From Syncephalis fuscata S228 (lineage: Eukaryota > Fungi > Zoopagomycota): a DNA stretch of 64,000 bases. The notes under the pieces are model-generated. The model did not search any database. It was not told where the DNA came from and saw only the letters and a list, made by a program, of their open reading frames with translations. Positions 13,701-28,386 of this stretch are shown here, piece by piece (position 1 is the stretch's first letter; every line of letters begins with the position of its first letter). The stretch is from NCBI GenBank assembly GCA_025786725.1, contig JAHLTZ010000030.1, forward strand, positions 62,001 to 126,000. The letters run 5' to 3'. The position numbers and the translations under genes were made by a program.

Positions 13701-16700
13701 TTACGCCTAGTCGGGCATCTTGTAATAGTGGCACGGTTGTTGTTTCTACTGTATCTTGTGGTGTCGTTACATAATCACGTAGTGATGCTACTACGATAGG
13801 GCCTGGTACCACTTTAGTAATGGGTGTATTTTGATCAGCTACAAATCGCTGTACACTACGTGGAAACATGACCACCATACGACCTATGTTATGTATTATA
13901 GTATTAATAAATATTGTCGCGCTGTTCTATCTACTACTTACCGCCAAATCCAAATGATATTAATGGACAGGGTGGCCGCTGTGTTGGATCCTTGTAACTA
14001 TTCTGCCCATCGAATGTTGCCGTATGGCTTGTATCACGCGATGAATAATCAATAGCGGTTGCAGCACTTGTAGATGAATCAGTCATATCATGGTGTTGAT
14101 ACAGTTGCTGTTGTTGATGATGATAAAGTAATAGACCATCATTACTACAAGCAGTATCTTGGTACATACCATTCATTGAAGTGGTATTGGCCCCTGTATA
14201 ACTTTCATCATGTTCTTCAAATAGCGTTGATGATTCACCCGGTAACCTGTTACCAGTAGTGGTGGTATAGGCAGCAACGGATGAGAATTCACTGCCGTAC
14301 ATGGACTGAGTGACCATTTCTGTACTGTAGGAATACTGTGAATGTCGACGATCTTGCTGTGTTCTATTGGACATGACACTCGCCGATCTACTTTGATCAA
14401 TATCTTCCATGTCCCATGTATTACTGGCAACATCCATGACTGATTGACTATTCACAGTATCAGCTCGTGATGGTGTACGTACATCCGACCATCCTGCCGA
14501 CCATGACACAGGCGGCTGTGACTGCATCGAGGCTGTATCCGTCTCTGCTGTCCCCTCCACTAATGATGCAATTGAGTTGATCTGACTTGGATCAATGGTT
14601 TCAAAGGTAGATTGATTCGAGTCAACTGCACCTGATGACGATGAATGGCCAAATATTAGATCATCCAAATCATCTGTACCATGATGATGATTACTATCAT
14701 TGGTAGATAAAAGCATTTCTGATTGACCTGTACCATAGTGTTCATCATGCGTCAACTCAGTATTAAATGTCATTGATGTCGTTGATGGTATATGTTCATG
14801 AGAGGGTGACATGGTTGATGTATGAGGCACTGTATCACTTGAACTATCATGATGCTGATGGTGGCTATGATCCGGCTCAGATGCTTCATTAGTACTTGGC
14901 TCAGCCACCCATTGATTTAATGTAGCATCAAATCTATATCCAGGATAAGCATTAGGGTCTACAGATGGAATCCATTGTTGTGTTGTATAATCATAAGTCC
15001 AACCTGGATATTCAGTTGATTCAGTAGTCGTTGCTGTATCAGTAACCGGTGCTGTTTCTGTGGCCATTGCTGCTGTCACTTCTTGTGATACTGTTGTTGT
15101 AGCTGTAATTACCTCTGTTGTTGTTGTTGTAGTTACTGCCTCTGTTACTTCTGTTTGATCAATTATCTGTGTGGCATAAGACTGACCCATATTGTTATCA
15201 ACTATGTTATAATCAGTAGGATAAGAGGACTGTTGTTGATGTTGTTGATATGGCTGCTGCTGCTGCTGTTGCTGTTGTTGTTGATCTGAACTTTGATAAT
15301 CAACAGTAGATGTATTGCCATATTGTAAATGATCAGCCGAGTATTGAGATGACAAATCTGATTGCGTTGGATAGACTGCACTAGTATAATTGGTATCTTG
15401 TTGTACTGCATATGATTGATCAGTTACAGTTGTTGTGGTTGTTGTTGCAGTTGTATAAGCAGTATTTTGTGAATATGACTGTGCCGTATTCATTTGATTC
15501 GAATAAGATTGATTCGAGTATGATTTACCAGATGAGGGTGGATATTGTGCCGTGGTTGCCATTGTTGTTGCATACGCATTAGCATGTTGAGCTGATGAAT
15601 ATTGTGCATTACCATGGTTATTCTGTTCATAAACAGTATTGGAATGGACTGAATAAGCTGAATCGGTTTGACTAGGCAGTGGTACAGTAGTAGCATGTTG
15701 AGACATTGAATCATTAGATGTTGATACAGTTGATGTATTATAAGCAGTATCTGTATTATAAGCATTGCCTGCATTGTAAGATGTATCTACATTATAACCA
15801 GTATTGGCTGTATAACCAGTATTCGATGTATTTGCATTATAACCAGTATTCGATATATTTGTATTATATAATCCATTGGATGTATTGGCATAGTTTTGAT
15901 AATTGACATTGCTATTTGTACTTGAATACGAAGATGGACTGGTAACACCATAAGCATTTGATGTAGTCTGTTGCTGTTGCATGTGATGCTGCATCTGATG
16001 TTGTTGCTGTGGTGGTGGTGGTGTTGGTCGATGAGATGTTGTCTTTTTAAAGAAATCCATTGGTGGACCATCATAAGCATAATCATCAGGTGGCGCTGTA
16101 GATGATGATACTGCTGCTACTACTGGTGGTGGTGCCATTGTACCTGTACCTGTACCTACACTATTAATACTACTAGGAACACCAGGATATGTGGAGGCCA
16201 TAGAGGCACCATAGGGTGTAGAATAGTAATTAGTAGGCGGTACAGTTGAATTGATAGCCTTTGACTTCTTTTTAGTATAAAGTACGGGTGGTCCATCATA
16301 GGCAAAACTATCATCAGTAGTGGCTGGTGCTGGTGCTACTGCTGCCACTGGTGGTGGTATAGCAACAGAAGAGGCTGTATTCATATAACCTGGATAACTA
16401 CCATAGCCATAACCAGTACTAGTAGTACTAGTAGTAGTAGTAGTAGTAGTAGATCCATAATAATTAGTCGCTGTAGTAGGTGCATATCCACTATAGGCTG
16501 TACTAGCTGCCGTATTCATGGTTTGATTTGCTGTATAGCTAGATGTTGAATAGTCTACAGCCGTATTACTCATATATTGACTAGTCGTATTAGCTGTAGT
16601 TGCAACTGTTGCAGTTGTATCTGGTGCTGTATACGGCTCAACCATGTCATACATATCATCATCATCATCATAATCCCGTGATAATGCAGCCCATATATCC

Positions 16701-18468
16701 TGTTGTGTAGCAGTAGTAGCAGTATTGGATACTGGAGCTGAGGCTGAGGCTGACACGGTAGCAGCAGCAGTAATTGTTGTCGTTGTTGCATCAACCATAC
16801 CTAATTGATCAAATAGATCGACATCTTGACCTCCAAATAATTGGCTTACATCGTCATTAGCTGTTGAAAAAGCAGCCATGGGCGGTTCAGTAGCTACAGT
16901 TGTTGTTATTGTTGTTGTTGTTGTTGTTGTTGTTGTAATACTAGTATCAATCGTATCTGTTGTTATAGGTACAACCCGCGGCGTAGTCACTTCAGGCACA
17001 CTATCCTGATTTAATTGAAATGCACTTTGTTCTTCAATAACTGAATCAAAGAAAGGTACAGCTGTCATACTAGTAGCCATGGTCGGTGTCGGTGTTGTAT
17101 CAATAAATGGTGTATTAGATGCCGCAAATAGATCATCAAATACTGAAGTAGCATTAGAAGTTATAGTAAAATCAGGTACTTCACTTGAAAATAGAGCATC
17201 AGCATGAATTGGACTCTTTGGTGCAATTTCTGTATTGGATACAACAAATAGATCATTTTGAGTAGCAGTCGTCGCTGTTGCTATTGTATCTACTTTAATA
17301 TTGCCCATATCTACTGTATCAACTGCCACTACTTTCGTTTCTGTGGTTTCTGTTGTTACTACTGCTTCTACTTCTGTTACCACTGTTTCTGCTTCTGTTG
17401 TTACTGAAAGGGGAAATGGAATACTAATTGGTACTATCTCCTCTATAGTATTCATTTCTACTGATGTCACTATTGCTGCCATTCCTGTTTCTGTTTCTGT
17501 GGTTGTTATACTGGTAGTAGCAGTAGTAGTGGTTATTGTCTCGGCAGGAGTAACTGTTGTCATAATGGAATCATTCAAAGGGGCATCCACACCAACATAG
17601 GATGATGTAGATGATACTGATATAATAGATGGCGGTATATCTGATGTTGATAGAGAATCCATTGTATGATCAATAACTGATTCTACCACCATTTCTGTAG
17701 TCATTGTCTCCACCGTTTCAGACACCAATGTTGATGTTGATGCCAATGCATTAGGTGGATTAAATGACGTAGATATTACATCATCATTAGTAACTATAGT
17801 AGTTTCTGATATATTTGCCCTCTTTTCTACATCTATTTACATCATATTATATTATATTGTATTATATTAGTTGTTGTTATTTAATATATAGTATATAGTA
17901 TATAGTATATAGTATATAGTATAAATAACTTACCAGATACGAGTACTGTATCCACTACTTGTTCTTTATACATTTATATATTTACTAGTTAATATATATA
18001 CATATATACATACATATTATACTAATTGATATAGTCTACTTACCAGATAGAGTCTCTACTACAGCTATATTCATTTCAGTAGTGGCTACAGTATCGGTAG
18101 GTATCACTTTTATTTCTTTCTCTCCGCCTTCTTCTTCGTGTTCTTCTTTCTTCTCCATTTCATCGTCGGTATCATGGATAGTACTGCTTTCATCGGGTGT
18201 ATAGGGTGTATCGGTAGTGGGTGAGGCTATATCTTCACTTGGATCGGTTGACGTGCTATTGTTGTTGCCTAGTTTCTTTCCCTTGCGCTTCTTTTTCTTT
18301 TTAGCCGACTTTGACGCTATATATAATATACATGGTGTATCATGAGCGACTGTTACTATTGTAGACTACTATTAAATTACCTGTGTTCTGCGCTGTCGTA
18401 TTACTAAGTGGGTTGTTGCTAATCATGGTGTGGTATGCTATCATCAATGTCATGCGGTTATTCATCAT
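10706..18468 (-). CDS. SEC16: COPII coat assembly protein Sec16 (multi-exon; one 3.9-kb low-complexity exon; start codon uncertain)
   Basis: Central domain [31 protein letters not shown]....[25 protein letters not shown]....EAAHV, HLQAYKL.H...L.D.G. C-terminal [20 protein letters not shown] and ARNRYVDIM. Upstream exons near 18468-18381, 18316-18044 and a 30-nt exon near 17934-17963 splice in frame. Confidence 0.92.
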
Positions 18469-18924
18469 ATCATTACGTAGACGGTCACTGTTCTATTCGT
18501 GTCCAGTACTACTAATACTACTACTACTACTTACCAGAATGCTGGTTATCAAAACAAAGAACGAAGCAGACGCACTGTTAAAGTTACAGTCTGTCTTGAT
18601 GGCAATAAGTTTGCTACACTCAAGTGAATTCGGCTGGGAATTAAAAGATGACAGAGTGTGGTTAAAAGAGTGATAAGCAGTGTCGTTGTTATTCACTTCA
18701 AAGGTATCATGTGAATGTGTGTGTGTATTGTTGGCAAGTTCCCCCAATAAACATTACAATCAATTCACAATGTTATTATGTTGTATTGATATAAATATTC
18801 GTATAATGATTGGTATTACTATGATTGGTATTAATATTGTTTGACGTGGTCCAATCATCACCAATCATCATTATTATAATTGACACATCATTTAGTATAA
18901 ACTGATTTGTCTAATAGTGTTTTA

Positions 18925-21601
18925 TTATTCGGCCTTATTTGTCTTGGTACGTTTCCGTTTTTTATTCGTCGGTTCTAAAGATGCCGTATTCTTGTTATTA
19001 TCTTTACTATTCTTGTTACTTGACATCGATGATCCAGTCTTTTTCTGTTGTGGCTGTTCCTCTTGTTTTTGTTGTTGTCTTTTTTGAGATGCTTTTATCA
19101 TTTCCCTTAGTAATAGATGGTATCGAAGAAGTATTGTTTTATAAATAAATGAACTATGTATGATGCTATGGTCTACTTACTGTTTACGATGTGTTTTACG
19201 TTTATCGTATGAACTGCGAGTACTGATTGTTTTACGTTCCACAGGATTTCTACGTAATTGATGACGCTTTTGTTTACTAGTTGATGATATGTTAATTATA
19301 TTCTATAACCATTACTACTACTTACGATGCCTTTTTAAGTGTTAACATCCAATCGGGTACATCACATCCTGATGTTTTCATTACATTAACAATACTAGAT
19401 AGTAGAATATTAATATAGGGTATAATAATAATGTGTAATAAGTAGGTACTGACCTGCGTAGGAAATCGACATCATCATTAGTAAATAGCGTAACTGCTTC
19501 ACCAGTACGACCGGCACGACCCGTACGACCTATTAATTGATTGATTTATTAATAATTTTATTATAATTAATATATATATGTGTGTATTAATTACTTACCA
19601 ATACGATGAATGTAACTTTGTACGGTTTGAGGGAAATCGTAGTTAATAACCAAACGAACACCTTTGAAATCAATACCACGAGCCATTAATTCGGTAGAAA
19701 TAAGTACCCAAATCTTGCCTTCTCGGAATTGTTTAACAATATTATCACGCTACGATAGTCACAGTTATTCAATAGTTATTCAATAGTAAATACTAGTGGA
19801 TACATACTTGAGCACGGGTACGTTCTGAGTGGATAACATCAACATTAATACCATCATAGATCAATTCGTTAAATAATTCACGGGCTCGTTCAATTGACTG
19901 GACGAATATAAGTACGGGTGGTTTTAAACCTTCTTGGATAAGTTGACGCATGGCAATCATTTTGCCCTCTTCACTGCCCACATAAATTAAGCGTTGTTTA
20001 ATGGTTTCTGTTGCGGCATTTCTATAGATTGATTAGTTAAAAGTTCCATCAAATGGTTATTGATTGCAGCACTTACTTTGTTCCTACAACTACACGGATT
20101 GGATCTTTCATAATAGTTTGTGCCAATTGTTCAACACCTGATGGCAGTGTTGCACTGTAGAGTGCTTTTTGTAATTGAGGCAATGTACATGCTGCTAATA
20201 TTTCATCCATTTGTTCGAGGAAGCCCAGATCTAGTAGTTTATCGGCTTCATCCAATACTAAATGTTTTACACTATTATAATAGATGAACCATTAATATGG
20301 AGTATATCATTATATATATATATATATATATCTACTTACTGGCTTAAATCCATTCCTTCTTGTTGAATGGCATGTACAAGTCGTAGCGGTGTACTAATAA
20401 GAATATCTATTATGGTATAAGTAATAATATAAAGTAATACGCGTATTATAATATACATTACCGAATTTTGGACGTAATTTAGGATTATTATGTTGTTTAT
20501 GTGCGGACATTTTTGACATCATGCCAATTTTAAAACTTTTACCAACACTTAATGCTTGGAATTGATTGTATATCTATTAATATTAAATGTATTAATATAT
20601 TTAATATTTCAACTGTATATATTCTATATATTTACCTGTTGAGACAGTTCCCGTGTAGGAGAAATAACCAATGCTCGACAACCAACCTTCTTTGGACTAT
20701 TAAGATCTTGTAGAATAGGCAATACAAATGATAGTGTTTTACCACTACCCGTAGGTGCACAGGCCATAACATCGCGTCCCTTTATTACATTATATTAACA
20801 GTGGACTATATGTAATAGATGTAATAGCTTACATTAAGTGTTACGGGTGCACATTGCATCTGAACTGGTGTAGGTTGTTTGAATCCAAGTTTGGTCAAAT
20901 TGTCAACTAGGAAAGGAGCCATTTCAAATCTATGTACATTATAGTATAATTAGAATAATTAAATGATTATTAATATTTACTACTTACTGTTGTTCCAGTT
21001 CAGAGAATGCTTGAAATGGTCGTGGAATATCTGTGCCATAGACACGAATACGATGCTGTGTACGGAATTCCTCGGCCTAAATAGTTTACTGTTAGTATTT
21101 TATAAGATATTATCTTCATTTAATCCACTAAATACTCATTAATCACTTACTTCTTGTTCATTACGAAATGGTTTAGTATTTGTATCAACTGCATTTGAAT
21201 CAGGCTCTGATACATCTAAGCGATTCAATAATAGATTGTAATGATATAAGTAAAAATGTAGAATATAATGCTACACCTACCAGAATCAGCGCCATCAACT
21301 TCCATTTTATCTGTACTTGTTTCGTCTTTTTGACGACGAGTATGACGACGACGAGAAGGTGTTCCCGGTGCCGGTTTGTTATTGAAAAAGTCTATTTCTT
21401 CAAGTAATTCATTTGTATTATTGTTATTGGCCGTGGCTGTCGACGATAGTGGTAGCGTTGTGGTGCGCTAGTTAAGCGTTAATGGTTTGACCTATAGCCA
21501 ATCCCTTCTAGATTAATACTTACCTCAAATAACTTAACATCTTCTGCAAATCGCTGCTTATTAAAGCGTGCACCTGCACCCAGTGCCTTGAATATCTCCA
21601 T
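18925..21601 (-). CDS. ROK1: DEAD-box RNA helicase Rok1/DDX52 (rRNA processing), about 12 introns
   Basis: N-terminus [18 protein letters not shown]; motifs [89 protein letters not shown]. Confidence 0.93.
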
Positions 21602-21934
21602 AGCTGAATATAAATACGAAGAAAAAAGAGTAAAAGAATCTTAAAAAGCAAAAGTGTTTTTATTTTATTTTTTTAATACACAAATTCAAACTGAACTGTC
21701 ACAGACTATAATTCAATCACCACCCATTAATGATGTTTTGTATTAACCAGATTGTATTTGTATTAATGGCATGACAGACACTGCAACATTTATGTTTATG
21801 TAGTCTGATTTGCCAAAATGACATAACTCTCAAATAGACATTGTTATATTAAACGGCTGCTTCTTATTGTTTATTCATTTATCTTAATCAACATTAATGA
21901 AATATGAATATGTCATAGATAGCGTTAAATCCAG

Positions 21935-23091
21935 TTATTCCTGCGAATAAGATTCAGTATATAAATTCAGATTTGCAGCTAAATTCTCAATCACAGAAGC
22001 GTAATTATTGTTAGATGGCAAAGCATTAAATTCAGGAAGGTCAGCAGGTTGCACATTAAAATAAGTAGTCGTAATGGTTTCTTCAGTCCTATTACGACGT
22101 TGGCAGTCATCATGTTGTTCCGAGTGCTCAGACTGTGTAAATGCTGCATTAATATCATTTACCACATCTCTCGCTCGTTGATTGTAAGCAGTAGCGGACA
22201 TAGCAATAAGTGTGCGACTGGTAAGAGTAGGCTCTTTATCAAATCCTGTTAAAGCTTTGCGTGTATAGACACCGACAAACAAAACAAGAACATTAGAGGT
22301 ATGGCCAGCTAGGAAATGATATAAAAGGTAACCCATGTCAGACACAGATATCAAAATGCAATGGGCTGCTAATACGAGCAGTTGTCTACACTTGAAATCC
22401 AATTCTGAAATATTATTACGCTTAATTTCCGCATACTGCCAAAGAAACAAAATGGCCGAGAGAAAACTAAATCCTGAGGTTATACTATAACCAGCACGTA
22501 TTATATTATCGGCTTTTTTCTCGGACAAAAAAGTATTGGACCTAATAAGAAGGATCCAACCACCAAGCACCAATGCGCAGCCAATGCTATAGAAAACCAT
22601 CCCATTGATGCCAAATCGGTAAACTAGCTGGGCTCGTTGGACAATTACTTTTCTCATAGACTGACTCCTATTGATCAAATTTAGTTAGTTACATGTTATT
22701 GCAATATTAATACAGTGCTAAGTGAATGTGTGATAACTAAATAAAGTAGAAATGGGAAGCTAACTTACCATGCTAGCATTAACTTTGCAACAATAATTTT
22801 AATTATCCAGCCAGCAAATAATAATACTACTTTTGAATAATTCAGAAATGTATCATTGAACTTGTATAAGCCATTGATGTGCATACCAAAGGCAGCTGCG
22901 CCAATTAATATGGCACCGATCATCATGCCATGATACTTAGTTCTTGTCTGAATGTAGCGCCAAAAATGGAGACAACCAAAGCCTAAGAAGAAAAGCGCAA
23001 ATGTAATGTCCCTGAGCGGCTTAGTTCCAGGCACGAAAGGTTGCGTTGGAGCCACATTATCAACAGAGTTTGAACTAGAATCATCTGACAT
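21935..23091 (-). CDS. Multi-pass membrane protein, RTA1-like (2 exons)
   Basis: About seven hydrophobic helices. N-terminal FALFFLGFGCLHFWRYIQTRTKYH resembles RTA1 TM1. Intron GTAAGT..CAATAG joins the two ORFs in frame (AW|SQSMRK). Confidence 0.6.
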
Positions 23092-24369
23092 GATGGTATA
23101 GCTGCTTGCAGGGGATGTGTTGTCTCGTAAAGGGAATGTTAAGATTGTGCAATACTATATGAGCTAGTAATTGTAATGGCAAACTTTAACAAAAAAACGG
23201 TAGTTAAGTGTTATTTATCAAAAACTAAATTGCACTTGGTGATAGAGGAAGAGTCGAGGTAATAGAGAATGAAGTATGAATATAGATTATGCTGAACTTG
23301 GTTATTTGCTTATACTTTTATAGCATCAAACTTCTAAATTTTTATTTTGGCTTAAGTCACGGATACCAGTAAACAACGTCCAAAAATAGGCTAGTAAGTT
23401 GGTATGTACCCAGCTCAATGGACAGCGTATCTAGAACACACACATACCATACATTGCATACCTGTATTTGTTAATATATTGTGTAACCTTTTATTATTAG
23501 CTTATGTTCCATAAATGTTCAATGTAATAGGACATCGCCCCCTAAAGTTCAGGCCCATTCTAGCTGAAATCTATCCACATGCACTCGCTAAATGGCAACA
23601 TTTGCTGCCGTCTACCCTTGCACCATTGACTTTGATTTTACATACTCTGTTGATATTTAAATACAATATTAGTTCACAATAATTAATATATAATAGCGAG
23701 CTATTACTTTATTTTATACTAGTTCAAATTCAATAGCAATAGAACAAAAGTAATAGTTTTGAATAGTATATAGATACCCCTACAGTTGAAGACAAAAGGC
23801 TTGTGTAATTCATAGCAATTTCTTTGAATGGCATCGGCTTAAAACAAGTTATAGAACGTGGTAACCAACTTTTTGTGAAAATATTGCTGCAAGATGAGAC
23901 ATAAACGTTGAAATTAAATAATTAGTGTGGTCTTGTTCTGCGTTTAAAACATAGTATTACGCTAATTGTGCGTGTACTGTAAACCAACTCACGTTTTAGC
24001 AAGCTTTCAATGCCGTGAGCTAGGGGAAAGCAGTCATTACGCATATTCAAAATGGCCAATGTGACAATCTGCCAATCATTTATCGTTACATCAGACAACG
24101 CAATAGCCATTGAAGCAATAATTTGCTCATAAGATGCCTAAGGCGTCCAATATATACTAGTTTTCGATACTATTGATACTATTTAATCTAAATACTAGTT
24201 TTAATAATACCATGTTTAATAGACAAGAATCACCATTACACTATTACATATACTTTGATTCAACACTCAGCTTTGGTCAGTACACGTGTAATCATGGTCT
24301 TAATGAGCCCTTATTGCACCGTGCAAATAGTGCAATTACGCCCAATCCACCAAATAATCCTATTAATGG

Positions 24370-25480
24370 TAATCGCCATTTCATTTGCCGAGTCAACATT
24401 ATGCTAAGGCGACTCGTTGAAACCATTTTGTATAATATTTGACAGTAAGCATTTAGGGGTACTTGATTGATTGTTGTTGAAACATTATGCAACAATTGTT
24501 ACACTGACATATCAATTATAGTTGTTGTTGGTATTTACCAGATACGGCATCATCCGACGATAGCTCTTGGAGTAGAATGCTGTCGAATAGTTTATTGACT
24601 AGTACTATAGCAATACTACCGACATTTTTGTTTGTTTCTAAATATTGTAGATATGAGTATTTTATATAGTATATTTTGTCAACTGCTAAAACATACAATA
24701 TTTTCTATTCATTTATCTCATTTTAGCACATAGCGAAAACATTCTATTTATTATATACTTTAACACGTTTTGCTCAATTCATTCAAATCAAAATATCCTC
24801 ATAAATAAAAGAGATATTCAACAGGCAATCAGCATATATATCGCTTGAAGTATGTAGTTTTCTAACTGACGGTTATTAACAAAGCTTTGCTAATGTACAA
24901 CACAGGCACAATAAGTGAAATACTTCAAAAGACTCAAGCAGCTCATAGTTTGGCTATTGACGGGACAGTGCCAGTTAAAACAACATCAAAACAAATATGC
25001 CTATGAATTTGTAATATCTGCTAACAAATAGTATGTAGAATGTATGAATCAAAAGCCGTATTGTTATTAACAATCTTTTCTTAAACCTTTTTGTAAAATG
25101 AAGTTGATTAATGAAGTTACAAGTTGTAGTTTTTCAATTAATAATTGATATGTTTATTAACACACTTGTGCTAATGGACTTTTAAACAAATAAAATGTTT
25201 TTCTCTTTTTATAAAAAATGGTGACAATCTACTAGCTGCTTGGTTGAGTAGTGCACTTAGAGTATTAAATGTTCTGGAGTATATTACAATTTTTCAGGTA
25301 TGTGTATTATAAACTAGCTTTATACGATTTCTAAATTAGTTTGTTCATAGTTCTCTATATCTTCTGGCTTAACTGTGTTAATATCAGTTGTATTTGATAT
25401 ACAAAGCATTCGTGTTATACTAGTACACATGCCAAATTGTACACATCCATTCCCGATAAGTATGCTATCTACGCCATGTC
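24370..25480 (+). pseudogene. Degraded paralog of the 26428-28386 membrane-protein gene, interrupted by the 415-bp repeat
   Basis: LSTAKTYNIFYS vs LSRAEALNIMHS; ctag|ctgcttggttgagtagtgcactt vs atag|ccgcttggtttgcttcgtgcactt; tctggagtatattacaatttttcag|gt vs tcgggaccttattcccgttttcttcag|gt (same intron position). Stops and frameshifts present. Confidence 0.55.
24785..25196 (+). repeat. About 415-bp direct repeat, copy 1
   Basis: aaatcaaaatatc...ctaatggacttttaaacaaataaaat is about 95% identical by eye to 28597-29013. Confidence 0.95.
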
Positions 25481-26427
25481 AGGACAAACAATATTGGTGA
25501 TGTGTGCAGTTACTTATTTAAGTATTATAGGTATATAATGGTCAAGCTTAACTAATACTACTATGGGTTATCTACTATTTAATGAAGTGACTATACCTGA
25601 AAGCAATATGAAGCTAAAGAATGAACAAAATTTACGCTACTGTTACGCAGCATCTTAAATCTGTATCAGAAGCTACATGCACACCAATGCTATTGTATCC
25701 AAAACAATATCTATACATACGATGCTAAAATTAACGGTGATTTCAGTGTTGTCAAGAGCTGTTAAGTCCTAAGTACTAATGATACATGTTGGTACACAAT
25801 TGGGTGTTTACCATGGTAAATTTGATTTAATATATATTGCGTGTTCGGCTTTGTACTAGCTTCATTCATTTTCTATTTATACAGGAACAACGCTATAAAC
25901 TACCCAGCAATATCTTTATATCTGTATTGCGTCCATGTCTTTACTCAAAAAATAAACAATTACTTCCTTTATTCGGTGTACTTATTGTGGGCGGTGTTAA
26001 TGTCTGCATTATTACATTTCTCATCCACATGACAGCCCATGATAATCCATAGTAATGTACAAGATAAGTTATTACACGTGTATAACTTGCACACATTTTT
26101 GTCAAAAAATACCTATGCATATAATTGTTGCTAAAAATAATACGCATGCATAGTTCTATTGAGAATTATAATAGTGTAACCATCGTGTAGTGCATATTGC
26201 AGCCAAAAACTTGCTGCTGCATTGTCATACACATGGCCCTTGGTTCCCATGACCATGCTAAAGATTGTTAAGGCAATATCAAGACAATGTAATTTTGTAA
26301 TGAGCCTAGACAATAAAACACTAATTCATCTGAGCTGTTGTATCATATAAAGCTCGGCTATAGAACTAAAAACTAACCATCTATTTTATTTCGTTTTTTG
26401 CATTTACACTAATTTCAATATTCCATC

Positions 26428-28386
26428 ATGAAGCTAAACTATAATTGGGGTTTTCTGTTGACTTATCTATTTATTTACTTTATCATTTAAGTAGTGCCCA
26501 TGCCAAAATTGCTTTACAAAATGGCAACAAAACATTAACACTTCCCACACTTGATTATTACTATTACAAACAACCATATTATCGCTATGAAGGAATGTTA
26601 TATTTCTGGAAAATAGAAAATAAGGCAAATCAGCTTGTGTTTGCCGACCTTGATGTAAAAGACAGCTATTTCCCCACTATGAAAAAGAAAGTTGCAAACT
26701 ACTCGTGTGCAGCCATTTTAATCAATTACAATATCCTTGCACACTTAGATACCGGTTGTACATTTGCTCAGGTTAGTAGTTATACGCATTTATCTAGAAA
26801 ATTACTAATGATAACGTAGCTTGCTTTGGCTGTAGAAGAGCTTTCAGAACAATTTATTAAAGCCAAACTTCCACCTATAAAACTTATTGTTGTTGTCATA
26901 CCATATGACCAACCTGGTAATATATGGAGCACACTAATACCAGAATACGCCTCGACTCAGCCATCCAAAATACCGGATGGGCCTCCGTCCATTGACATGG
27001 CTTTTTTGGAAGGTCCACCAAGCATAAGTTAATAGAATTTTATAACGATGCTTTTAGTATGCACTTTATAGCTGAAGAAGGTACACACTTGTTCAAAACA
27101 GTATTTGCATTTAAAATTAACGTATAGTAATAGAACCTGGAGCAGTAAATAGTTTACTGTTATCACCGGGATATATAGCTTATCAATGGATTTATTTTCT
27201 ATTAGTGAGTTCATGTAAATACAAAATATTTACAGTTAAAACTAACAACTTGCTAAAGATGCTAGGATTACTACTTTACACGTGCGCTCGCACAATTGAG
27301 TTAATTTGCAGAAAAAGCTTCGGCGTAATTTACGTATAGTTATATATGTGGTGGCGTCTTTAAATGCAATTGGTAACTAATTAGTCAAATCATGGTTAAC
27401 GTGAACTAACTTGAATATCAACGTTGACATTCAAGTTTTTCTGGTTTTCATTCACACTCCCGACATTACTCGCAAAGGCATATTGCTGGGCTCTTCGGTA
27501 ACCGTTATAGCAGTATTTAATATTTATCTGGCTCTTTTCTACTGGTTAGTACTACCAATTTAATAATTGTATAGTGCTAATGATTTTACATAGCTCAATA
27601 CGCGCTAGAGAAGCCTTTTCATTAGTTTCAGTAGTATTGTTTCGACTAAGTTTACTACTTTTGACGATTTTGCAAATTGTTATGATTCAATATAACATTA
27701 GAAGCAGGACTTTAAGTCGTGCTGAAGCACTAAATATTATGCATAGCACTGGATACAAATTTGCATTTCTAGCTAGCCCTATAGCTAATAGCGTTTTATT
27801 ATTTGCATTTAGTAAGTGTTTTTTTAAAAAATATCACCAATACTTACCAATAATAGCCGCTTGGTTTGCTTCGTGCACTTACAAAGTCAAAAGATATTCG
27901 GGACCTTATTCCCGTTTTCTTCAGGTAATTTTAATTGTAATAATTTAATCAGCGTTTTAATAATATTATTGCAACATATAGTTGACAATTATCACTGGCC
28001 TTGCAATGCTGACATCAATCATATCGAGTACACAAAATATTGTTAATCAATTAAGAACCTCCTTCCATAGCAGTGGCGAGATTGTTGCCTATAATATCAC
28101 GCTACATACAGCAACATTGGTGCGTATAGTTGCCTGCTTATGTGTTATGGGTATAAAATGGCCAAAAGTAGGCAAAAGAAGTACACAACATTCGCCACTT
28201 GGTGAACTGACAACAGTTGGATACGACCTTACACTAAGCCAAGAAGATATATCTATTCCGCTATCAGCCGAAATGTCTCAATTACCACGGAAATCAACAC
28301 GAACGAACCAAGCTAGTATATCAAAGAAGGCATCTATTGAAGCACTTCCATTAGCTTATACTAGTTTTAGTAACTATAGAAGCTAA
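26428..28386 (+). CDS. Lineage-specific protein: signal peptide, extracellular domain and several TM helices (orphan receptor-like); apparent 1-nt deletion near 26487
   Basis: MKLNYNWGFLLTYLFIYFII-(L)SSAHA-KI forms a signal peptide if one T is restored. Ectodomain LPTLDYYYYKQPYYRYEG; spliced exon EPGAVNSLLLSPGYIAYQW; then TM helices and an S/T-rich tail. Canonical short introns. Confidence 0.65.

Noticed and set aside
10758-17600. Antisense and alternate-frame ORFs within Sec16
   Set aside because: By-products of trinucleotide-rich low-complexity coding sequence.
18493-18747. In-frame stop read-through extending Sec16 N-terminally
   Set aside because: The TAG is the acceptor of a 42-nt GTAAGT intron and the upstream frame has no ATG; most likely 5'UTR.
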